Position numbers and translations under genes: made by a program
DNA from: Nemertoderma westbladi
Lineage: Eukaryota > Animalia > Xenacoelomorpha
Reading direction: 5' to 3'
Assembly (NCBI GenBank): GCA_032718475.1
Contig: JAUCBJ010008109.1
Span: 1 to 64,000, forward strand
DNA: 64,000 bases
Shown here: in pieces, positions 51,801 to 64,000 of the stretch
Numbering within the stretch: position 1 is the first letter of the stretch
Layout of the letters: each line of letters begins with the position of its first letter
Notes under the pieces: generated by a model
What the model was told of the DNA's origin: nothing
What the model saw: only the letters and a program-made list of their open reading frames with translations
Databases searched by the model: none

Positions 51801-54800
51801 ATGGATGTAAAACAAAGGGATGGATAGACTCACAGTTACAATGGATGTAAAACAAAGGGATGGACTCACAGTTACAATGGAGTGGATGTTAAACAAAGGG
51901 ATGGACTCACAGTTACAATGGATGTAAAACAAAGGGATGGACTCACAGTTACAATGGAGTGGATGTTAAACAAAGGGATGGACTCACAGTTACAATGGAT
52001 GTTAAACAAAGGGATGGACTCACAGTTACAATGGAGTGGATGTTAAACAAAGGGATGGACTCACAGTTACAATGGATGTTAAACAAAGGGATGGACTCAC
52101 AGTTACAATGGAGTGGATGTTAAACAAAGGGATGGACTCACAGTTACAATGGATGTTAAACAAAGGGATGGACTCACAGTTACAATGATGTTAAACAAAG
52201 GGATGGACTCACAGTTACAATGGATGTTAAACAAAGGGATGGATAGACTCACAGTTACAATGGATGTAAAACAAAGGGATGGATAGACTCACAGTTACAA
52301 TGGATGTAAAACAAAGGGATGGACTCACAGTTACAATGGATGTTAAACAAAGGGATGGATAGACTCACAGTTACAATGGATTGCATGTAAAACAAAGGGA
52401 TGGATAGACTCACAGTTACAATGATGTTAAACAAAGGGATGGACTCACAGTTACAATGGAGTGGATGTTAAACAAAGGGATGGACTCACAGTTACAATGG
52501 ATGTTAAACAAAGGGATGGACTCACAGTTACAATGGAGTGGATGTTAAACAAAGGGATGGACTCACAGTTACAATGGATGTTAAACAAAGGGATGGACTC
52601 ACAGTTACAATGATGTTAAACAAAGGGATGGACTCACAGTTACAATGGAGTGGATGTTAAACAAAGGGATGGACTCACAGTTACAATGGATGTTAAACAA
52701 AGGGATGGACTCACAGTTACAATGATGTTAAACAAAGGGATGGACTCATAGTTACAATGATGTTAAACAAAGGGATGGACTCACAGTTACAATGGATGTT
52801 AAACAAAGGGATGGATAGACTCACAGTTACAATGGATGTAAAACAAAGGGATGGATAGACTCACAGTTACAATGGATGTAAAACAAAGGGATGGACTCAC
52901 AGTTACAATGGATGTTAAACAAAGGGATGGATAGACTCACAGTTACAATGGATTGCATGTAAAACAAAGGGATGGATAGACTCACAGTTACAATGGATGT
53001 TAAACAAAGGGATGGACTCACAGTTACAATGGATGTTAAACAAAGGGATGGACTCACAGTTACAATGGATGTTAAACAAAGGGATGGATAGACTCACAGT
53101 TACAATGGATGTTAAACAAAGGGATGGATAGACTCATAGTTACAATGGATGTAAAACAAAGGGATGGACTCACAGTTACAATGGATGTAAAACAAAGGGA
53201 TGGACTCACAGTTACAATGGATGTTAAACAAAGGGATGGACTCACAGTTACAATGGAGTGGATGTTAAACAAAGGGATGGACTCACAGTTACAATGGATG
53301 TAAAACAAAGGGATGGACTCACAGTTACAATGGATGTTAAACAAAGGGATGGACTCACAGTTACAATGGAGTGGATGTTAAACAAAGGGATGGACTCACA
53401 GTTACAATGGATGTAAAACAAAGGGATGGACTCACAGTTACAATGGATGTAAAACAAAGGGATGGACTCACAGTTACAATGGATGTTAAACAAAGGGATG
53501 GACTCACAGTTACAATGGAGTGGATGTTAAACAAAGGGATGGACTCACAGTTACAATGGATGTAAAACAAAGGGATGGATAGACTCACAGTTACAATGGA
53601 GTGGATGTTAAACAAAGGGATGGACTCACAGTTACAATGGATGTAAAACAAAGGGATAGACTCACAGTTACAATGGATGTAAAACAAAGGGATGGACTCA
53701 CAGTTACAATGGATGTTAAACAAAGGGATGGACTCACAGTTACAATGGATGTTAAACAAAGGGATGGACTCACAGTTACAATGGATGTTAAACAAAGGGA
53801 TGGACTCACAGTTACAATGGATGTTAAACAAAGGGATGGACTCACAGTTACAATGGATGTTAAACAAAGGGATGGACTCACAGTTACAATGGATGTAAAA
53901 CAAAGGGATGGACTCACAGTTACAATGGATGTTAAACAAAGGGATGGACTCACAGTTACAATGGATGTTAAACAAAGGGATGGACTCACAGTTACAATGG
54001 AGTGGATGTTAAACAAAGGGATGGACTCACAGTTACAATGGATGTTAAACAAAGGGATGGATAGACTCACAGTTACAATGGATTGCATGTAAAACAAAGG
54101 GATGGACTCACAGTTACAATGGATGTAAAACAAAGGGATGGACTCACAGTTACAATGGATGTTAAACAAAGGGATGGACTCACAGTTACAATGGATGTAA
54201 AACAAAGGGATGGACTCACAGTTACAATGGATGTTAAACAAAGGGATGGACTCACAGTTACAATGGATGTAAAACAAAGGGATGGACTCACAGTTACAAT
54301 GGATGTAAAACAAAGGGATGGACTCACAGTTACAATGGATGTAAAACAAAGGGATGGACTCACAGTTACAATGGATGTAAAACAAAGGGATGGACTCACA
54401 GTTACAATGGATGTAAAACAAAGGGATGGACTCACAGTTACAATGGATGTTAAACAAAGGGATGGACTCACAGTTACAATGGATGTAAAACAAAGGGATG
54501 GACTCACAGTTACAATGGATGTAAAACAAAGGGATGGACTCACAGTTACAATGGATGTAAAACAAAGGGATGGACTCACATTTACAATGGATGTAAAACA
54601 AAGGGATGGACTCACAGTTACAATGGAGTGGATGTTAAACAAAGGGATGGACTCACAGTTACAATGGATGTAAAACAAAGGGATGGATAGACTCACAGTT
54701 ACAATGGATTGCATGTAAAACAAAGGGATGGACTCACAGTTACAATAGATTGCATGTAAAACAAAGGGATGGACTCACAGTTACAATGGAGTGGATGTTA

Positions 54801-57800
54801 AACAAAGGGATGGACTCACAGTTACAATGGATGTAAAACAAAGGGATGGATAGACTCACAGTTACAATGGAGTGGATGTTAAACAAAGGGATGGACTCAC
54901 AGTTACAATGGATGTAAAACAAAGGGATGGACTCACAGTTACAATGGATGTTAAACAAAGGGATGGACTCACAGTTACAATGGAGTGGATGTTAAACAAA
55001 GGGATGGACTCACAGTTACAATGGATGTAAAACAAAGGGATGGATAGACTCACAGTTACAATGGATTGCATGTAAAACAAAGGGATGGACTCACAGTTAC
55101 AATAGATTGCATGTAAAACAAAGGGATGGACTCACAGTTACAATAGATTGCATGTAAAACAAAGGGATGGACTCACAGTTACAATAGATTGCATGTAAAA
55201 CAAAGGGATGGACTCACAGTTACAATAGATTGCATGTAAAACAAAGGGATGGACTCACAGTTACAATAGATTGCATGTAAAACAAAGGGATGGACTCACA
55301 GTTACAATAGATTGCATGTAAAACAAAGGGATGGACTCACAGTTACAATGGATGTTAAACAAAGGGATGGACTCACAGTTACAATGGAGTGGATGTTAAA
55401 CAAAGGGATGGACTCACAGTTACAATGGATGTAAAACAAAGGGATGGATAGACTCACAGTTACAATGGATTGCATGTAAAACAAAGGGATGGACTCACAG
55501 TTACAATGGATGTAAAACAAAGGGATGGACTCACAGTTACAATGGATGTTAAACAAAGGGATGGACTCACAGTTACAATGGATGTAAAACAAAGGGATGG
55601 ACTCACAGTTACAATGGATGTAAAACAAAGGGATGGACTCACAGTTACAATGGATGTAAAACAAAGGGATGGACTCACATTTACAATGGATGTAAAACAA
55701 AGGGATGGACTCACAGTTACAATGGAGTGGATGTTAAACAAAGGGATGGACTCACAGTTACAATGGATGTAAAACAAAGGGATGGATAGACTCACAGTTA
55801 CAATGGAGTGGATGTTAAACAAAGGGATGGACTCACAGTTACAATGGATGTAAAACAAAGGGATGGACTCACAGTTACAATGGATGTTAAACAAAGGGAT
55901 GGACTCACAGTTACAATGGATGTTAAACAAAGGGATGGACTCACAGTTACAATGGATGTAAAACAAAGGGATGGACTCACAGTTACAATGGATGTTAAAC
56001 AAAGGGATAGACTCACAGTTACAATGGATGTAAAACAAAGGGATGGATAGACTCACAGTTACAATGGATGTAAAACAAAGGGATGGACTCACAGTTACAA
56101 TGGATGTAAAACAAAGGGATGGACTCACAGTTACAATGGATGTTAAACAAAGGGATAGACTCACAGTTACAATGGATGTAAAACAAAGGGATGGATAGAC
56201 TCACAGTTACAATGGATGTAAAACAAAGGGATGGACTCACAGTTACAATGGATGTAAAACAAAGGGATGGACTCACAGTTACAATGGATGTAAAACAAAG
56301 GGATAGACTCACAGTTACAATGGATGTAAAACAAAGGGATAGACTCACAGTTACAATGGATGTAAAACAAAGGGATGGATAGACTCACAGTTACAATGGA
56401 TGTAAAACAAAGGGATGGACTCACAGTTACAATGGATGTAAAACAAAGGGATGGATAGACTCACAGTTACAATGGATGTAAAACAAAGGGATGGACTCAC
56501 AGTTACAATGGATGTAAAACAAAGGGATGGACTCACAGTTACAATGGATGTAAAACAAAGGGATAGACTCACAGTTACAATGGATGTAAAACAAAGGGAT
56601 AGACTCACAGTTACAATGGATGTAAAACAAAGGGATGGATAGACTCACAGTTACAATGGATGTAAAACAAAGGGATGGACTCACAGTTACAATGGATGTA
56701 AAACAAAGGGATGGACTCACAGTTACAATGGATGTAAAACAAAGGGATAGACTCACAGTTACAATGGATGTTAAACAAAGGGATGGACTCACAGTTACAA
56801 TGGATGTAAAACAAAGGGATGGACTCACAGTTACAATGGATGTTAAACAAAGGGATAGACTCACAGTTACAATGGATGTAAAACAAAGGGATAGACTCAC
56901 AGTTACAATGGATGTAAAACAAAGGGATGGATAGACTCACAGTTACAATGGATGTAAAACAAAGGGATGGACTCACAGTTACAATGGATGTAAAACAAAG
57001 GGATGGACTCACAGTTACAATGGATGTAAAACAAAGGGATGGACTCACAGTTACAATGGATGTAAAACAAAGGGATGGACTCACAGTTACAATGGATGTA
57101 AAACAAAGGGATAGACTCACAGTTACAATGGATGTAAAACAAAGGGATGGACTCACAGTTACAATGGATGTTAAACAAATGGATGGACTCACAGTTACAA
57201 TGGATGTAAAACAAAGGGATGGACTCACAGTTACAATGGATGTAAAACAAAGGGATGGACTCACAGTTACAATGGATGTAAAACAAAGGGATGGACTCAC
57301 AGTTACAATGGATGTAAAACAAAGGGATAGACTCACAGTTACAATGGATGTAAAACAAAGGGATAGACTCACAGTTACAATGGATGTAAAACAAAGGGAT
57401 GGACTCACAGTTACAATGGATGTTAAACAAATGGATGGACTCACAGTTACAATGGATGTTAAACAAAGGGATGGACTCACAGTTACAATGGATGTAAAAC
57501 AAAGGGATGGACTCACAGTTACAATGGATGTTAAACAAAGGGATGGACTCACAGTTACAATAGATTGCATGTAAAACAAAGGGATGGACTCACAGTTACA
57601 ATGGATGTAAAACAAAGGGATGGACTCACAGTTACAATAGATTGCATGTAAAACAAAGGGATGGACTCACAGTTACAATGGATGTAAAACAAAGGGATGG
57701 ACTCACAGTTACAATAGATTGCATGTAAAACAAAGGGATGGACTCACAGTTACAATGGATGTAAAACAAAGGGATGGACTCACAGTTACAATGGATGTAA

Positions 57801-60800
57801 AACAAAGGGATGGACTCACAGTTACAATGGATGTTAAACAAAGGGATGGACTCACAGTTACAATGGATGTTAAACAAAGGGATGGATAGACTCATAGTTA
57901 CAATGGATGTAAAACAAAGGGATGGATAGACTCATAGTTACAATGGATGTAAAACAAAGGGATGGATAGACTCATAGTTACAATGGATGTAAAACAAAGG
58001 GATGGACTCACAGTTACAATGGATGTAAAACAACGGGATGGACTCACAGTTACAATGGATGTAAAACAAAGGGATGGACTCACAGTTACAATGGATGTAA
58101 AACAAAGGGATGGACTCACAGTTACAATAGATTGCATGTAAAACAAAGGGATGGACTCACAGTTACAATGGATGTTAAACAAAGGGATGGACTCACAGTT
58201 ACAATGGATGTAAAACAAAGGGATGGACTCACAGTTACAATGGATGTAAAACAAAGGGATGGATAGACTCATAGTTACAATGGATGTAAAACAAAGGGAT
58301 GGACTCACAGTTACAATGGATGTAAAACAAAGGGATGGACTCACAGTTACAATAGATTGCATGTAAAACAAAGGGATGGACTCACAGTTACAATGGATGT
58401 AAAACAAAGGGATGGACTCACAGTTACAATGGATGTAAAACAAAGGGATGGATAGACTCACAGTTACAATGGATGTTAAACAAAGGGATGGACTCACAGT
58501 TACAATGGATGTAAAACAAAGGGATGGACTCACAGTTACAATGGATGTAAAACAAAGGGATGGACTCACAGTTACAATGGATGTAAAACAAAGGGATGGA
58601 TAGACTCACAGTTACAATGGATGTTAAACAAAGGGATGGACTCACAGTTACAATGGATGTAAAACAAAGGGATGGACTCACAGTTACAATAGATTGCATG
58701 TAAAACAAAGGGATGGACTCACAGTTACAATGGATGTAAAACAAAGGGATGGACTCACAGTTACAATAGATTGCATGTAAAACAAAGGGATAGACTCACA
58801 GTTACAATGGATGTTAAACAAAGGGATGGACTCACAGTTACAATGGATGTAAAACAAAGGGATGGACTCACAGTTACAATGGATGTTAAACAAAGGGATG
58901 GACTCACAGTTACAATGGATGTAAAACAAAGGGATGGACTCACAGTTACAATAGATTGCATGTAAAACAAAGGGATGGACTCACAGTTACAATGGATGTA
59001 AAACAAAGGGATGGACTCACAGTTACAATGGATTGCATGTAAAACAAAGGGATGGACTCACAGTTACAATGGATGTTAAACAAAGGGATGGACTCACAGT
59101 TACAATGGATTGCATGTAAAACAAAGGGATGGACTCACAGTTACAATGGATGTTAAACAAAGGGATGGACTCACAGTTACAATGGATGTAAAACAAAGGG
59201 ATGGACTCACAGTTACAATGGATGTTAAACAAAGGGATGGACTCACAGTTACAATGGAGTGGATGTAAAACAAAGGGATGGACTCACAGTTACAATGGAT
59301 GTTAAACAAAGGGATGGACTCACAGTTACAATGGATGTAAAACAAAGGGATGGACTCACAGTTACAATGGATGTAAAACAAAGGGATGGACTCACAGTTA
59401 CAATAGATTGCATGTAAAACAAAGGGATGGACTCACAGTTACAATGGATGTTAAACAAAGGGATGGACTCACAGTTACAATGGATGTAAAACAAAGGGAT
59501 GGACTCACAGTTACAATGGATGTAAAACAAAGGGATGGACTCACAGTTACAATGGATGTAAAACAAAGGGATGGACTCACAGTTACAATGGATGTAAAAC
59601 AAAGGGATGGACTCACAGTTACAATAGATGTAAAACAAAGGGATGGACTCACAGTTACAATGGATGTAAAACAAAGGGATGGACTCACAGTTACAATGGA
59701 TGTAAAACAAAGGGATGGATAGACTCATAGTTACAATGGATGTAAAACAAAGGGATGGACTCACAGTTACAATGGATGTTAAACAAAGGGATGGACTCAC
59801 AGTTACAATGGATGTAAAACAAAGGGATGGACTCACAGTTACAATGGATGTTAAACAAAGGGATGGACTCACAGTTACAATGGATGTTAAACAAAGGGAT
59901 GGACTCACAGTTACAATAGATTGCATGTAAAACAAAGGGATGGACTCACAGTTACAATGGATGTAAAACAAAGGGATGGACTCACAGTTACAATGGATGT
60001 AAAACAAAGGGATGGATAGACTCATAGTTACAATGGATGTAAAACAAAGGGATGGACTCACAGTTACAATGGATGTAAAACAAAGGGATGGACTCACAGT
60101 TACAATGGATGTTAAACAAAGGGATGGACTCACAGTTACAATGGATGTAAAACAAAGGGATGGATAGACTCACAGTTACAATGGATGTAAAACAAAGGGA
60201 TGGATAGACTCACAGTTACAATGGATGTAAAACAAAGGGATGGATAGACTCACAGTTACAATGGATGTTAAACAAAGGGATGGATAGACTCACAGTTACA
60301 ATGGATGTAAAACAAAGGGATGGATAGACTCACAGTTACAATGGATGTAAAACAAAGGGATGGATAGACTCACAGTTACAATGGATGTTAAACAAAGGGA
60401 TGGACTCACAGTTACAATAGATTGCATGTAAAACAAAGGGATGGACTCACAGTTACAATGGATGTAAAACAAAGGGATGGACTCACAGTTACAATGGATG
60501 TTAAACAAAGGGATGGACTCACAGTTACAATGGATGTAAAACAAAGGGATGGACTCACAGTTACAATGGATGTTAAACAAAGGGATGGACTCACAGTTAC
60601 AATGGAGTGATGTAAAACAAAGGGATGGACTCACAGTTACAATGGATGTTAAACAAAGGGATGGACTCACAGTTACAATGGATGTAAAACAAAGGGATGG
60701 ACTCACAGTTACAATGGATGTTAAACAAAGGGATGGACTCACAGTTACAATGGATGTAAAACAAAGGGATGGACTCACAGTTACAATGGATGTAAAACAA

Positions 60801-63800
60801 AGGGATGGACTCACAGTTACAATAGATTGCATGTAAAACAAAGGGATGGACTCACAGTTACAATGGATGTAAAACAAAGGGATGGACTCACAGTTACAAT
60901 GGATGTAAAACAAAGGGATGGACTCACAGTTACAATAGATGTAAAACAAAGGGATGGACTCACAGTTACAATGGATGTAAAACAAAGGGATGGACTCACA
61001 GTTACAATAGATTGCATGTAAAACAAAGGGATGGACTCACAGTTACAATGGATGTTAAACAAAGGGATGGACTCACAGTTACAATGGATGTTAAACAAAG
61101 GGATGGATAGACTCACAGTTACAATGGATGTAAAACAAAGGGATGGACTCACAGTTACAATAGATGTAAAACAAAGGGATGGACTCACAGTTACAATAGA
61201 TGTAAAACAAAGGGATGGACTCACAGTTACAATGGAGTGGATGTTAAACAAAGGGATGGACTCACAGTTACAATGGATGTAAAACAAAGGGATGGACTCA
61301 CAGTTACAATAGATTGCATGTAAAACAAAGGGATGGACTCACAGTTACAATAGATGTAAAACAAAGGGATGGACTCACAGTTACAATGGATGTAAAACAA
61401 AGGGATGGACTCACAGTTACAATAGATGTAAAACAAAGGGATGGACTCACAGTTACAATGGAGTGGATGTAAAACAAAGGGATGGACTCACAGTTACAAT
61501 GGATGTAAAACAAAGGGATGGACTCACAGTTACAATAGATTGCATGTAAAACAAAGGGATGGACTCACAGTTACAATGGATGTAAAACAAAGGGATAGAC
61601 TCACAGTTACAATGGATGTAAAACAAAGGGATGGACTCACAGTTACAATGGATGTAAAACAAAGGGATGGACTCACAGTTACAATGGATGTAAAACAAAG
61701 GGATGGACTCACAGTTACAATGGATGTAAAACAAAGGGATGGACTCACAGTTACAATAGATGTAAAACAAAGGGATGGACTCACAGTTACAATGGATGTA
61801 AAACAAAGGGATGGACTCACAGTTACAATAGATGTAAAACAAAGGGATGGACTCACAGTTACAATGGAGTGGATGTAAAACAAAGGGATGGACTCACAGT
61901 TACAATGGATGTTAAACAAAGGGATGGACTCACAGTTACAATGGATGTAAAACAAAGGGATGGACTCACAGTTACAATGGATGTTAAACAAAGGGATGGA
62001 CTCACAGTTACAATGGATGTAAAACAAAGGGATGGACTCACAGTTACAATGGATGTAAAACAAAGGGATGGACTCACAGTTACAATAGATTGCATGTAAA
62101 ACAAAGGGATGGACTCACAGTTACAATGGATGTAAAACAAAGGGATGGACTCACAGTTACAATGGATGTAAAACAAAGGGATGGACTCACAGTTACAATA
62201 GATGTAAAACAAAGGGATGGACTCACAGTTACAATGGATGTAAAACAAAGGGATAGACTCACAGTTACAATGGATGTTAAACAAAGGGATGGACTCACAG
62301 TTACAATGGATGTAAAACAAAGGGATGGACTCACAGTTACAATGGATGTTAAACAAAGGGATGGACTCACAGTTACAATAGATTGCATGTAAAACAAAGG
62401 GATGGACTCACAGTTACAATGGATGTAAAACAAAGGGATGGATAGACTCACAGTTACAATGGATGTTAAACAAAGGGATGGACTCACAGTTACAATGGAT
62501 GTAAAATAAAGGGATGGACTCACAGTTACAATAGATTGCATGTAAAACAAAGGGATGGACTCACAGTTACAATGGATGTAAAACAAAGGGATGGACTCAC
62601 AGTTACAATGGATGTAAAACAAAGGGATGGATAGACTCACAGTTATAATAGATGTTAAACAAAGGGATGGACTCACAGTTACAATGGATGTTAAACAAAG
62701 GGATGGACTCACAGTTACAATGGATGTAAAACAAAGGGATAGACTCACAGTTACAATGGATGTTAAACAAAGGGATGGACTCACAGTTACAATGGATGTT
62801 AAACAAAGGGATGGACTCACAGTTACAATGGATGTTAAACAAAGGGATGGACTCACAGTTACAATGGATGTTAAACAAAGGGATGGACTCACAGTTACAA
62901 TGGATGTTAAACAAAGGGATGGACTCACAGTTACAATGGATGTAAAACAAAGGGATAGACTCACAGTTACAATGGATGTTAAACAAAGGGATGGACTCAC
63001 AGTTACAATGGATGTTAAACAAAGGGATGGACTCACAGTTACAATGGATGTTAAACAAAGGGATAGACTCACAGTTACAATGGATGTTAAACAAAGGGAT
63101 GGACTCACAGTTACAATGGATGTAAAACAAAGGGATAGACTCACAGTTACAATGGATGTTAAACAAAGGGATGGACTCACAGTTACAATGGATGTTAAAC
63201 AAAGGGATGGACTCACAGTTACAATGGATGTAAAACAAAGGGATAGACTCACAGTTACAATGGATGTTAAACAAAGGGATGGACTCACAGTTACAATGGA
63301 TGTTAAACAAAGGGATGGACTCACAGTTACAATGGATGTTAAACAAAGGGATGGACTCACAGTTACAATGGATGTTAAACAAAGGGATGGACTCACAGTT
63401 ACAATGGATGTTAAACAAAGGGATGCACTCACAGTTACAATGGATGTAAAACAAAGGGATGGACTCACAGTTACAATGGATGTAAAACAAAGGGATGGAC
63501 TCACAGTTACAATGGATGTAAAACAAAGGGATGGAATCACAGTTACAATGGATGTAAAACAAAGGGATGGACTCACAGTTACAATGGATGTAAAACAAAG
63601 GGATGGACTCACAGTTACAATGGATGTAAAACAAAGGGATGGAATCACAGTTACAATGGATGTAAAACAAAGGGATGGACTCACAGTTACAATGGATGTA
63701 AAACAAAGGGATGGACTCACAGTTACAATGGATGTAAAACAAAGGGATAGACTCACAGTTACAATAGATTGCATGTAAAACAAAGGGATGGACTCACAGT

Positions 63801-64000
63801 TACAATGGATGTAAAACAAAGGGATAGACTCACAGTTACAATAGATTGCATGTAAAACAAAGGGATGGACTCACAGTTACAATGGATGTAAAACAAAGGG
63901 ATGGACTCACAGTTACAATGGATGTAAAACAAAGGGATGGAATCACAGTTACAATGGATGTAAAACAAAGGGATGGACTCACAGTTACAATGGATGTAAA
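12895..64000. repeat. Satellite array, 36-bp base unit GACTCACAGTTACAATGGATGT(T/A)AAACAAAGGGAT(G/A), with 35/40/41/45-bp variants; roughly 1300-1400 units; runs off the window
   Basis: Uninterrupted head-to-tail array in one orientation. Length variants come from +GGAT, +GGAGT, +(A/G)GATTGC-type insertions and a -G deletion. Confidence 0.99.

Noticed and set aside
12926-63968. Hundreds of ORFs (MDVKQRDGLTVT, CNCESIPLFYIH, SPSLCFTSIVTV repeats)
   Set aside because: They are translations of the 36-bp unit. Frequent 35/40/41-bp variants break every frame, so there is no frame conservation.
12895-64000. CRISPR-like appearance (36-bp repeat; minus strand has GTTT...ATTGTAAC)
   Set aside because: Units are head-to-tail with no unique spacers, there are no cas genes, and the context is eukaryotic.

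Overview
This is a eukaryotic, most likely animal, genomic window with an AT-rich background. About 90% of it is tandem repeat. In order it contains: (1) an intronless RCC1 (Ran-GEF) gene whose last codons have been amplified into a 17/23-bp minisatellite; (2) a 27-bp array whose sequence variants are mostly synonymous in one minus-strand frame (SLGTGGHDY), so it looks like a decaying repeat-protein gene rather than a neutral minisatellite; (3) a 5'-truncated RTE-type LINE inserted inside that array, with a 13-bp target-site duplication; (4) an orphan basic-protein ORF with an 81-bp internal duplication; (5) an internally deleted THAP/P-element-like DNA transposon with 51-bp inverted repeats; (6) a minus-strand acidic terminal exon; (7) a >51-kb array of a 36-bp satellite that starts about 85 bp upstream of that exon's splice acceptor and runs off the end of the window, so it may form a giant satellite-filled intron. 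Nearly all ORFs listed beyond 12.9 kb are translations of the satellite and are not genes.
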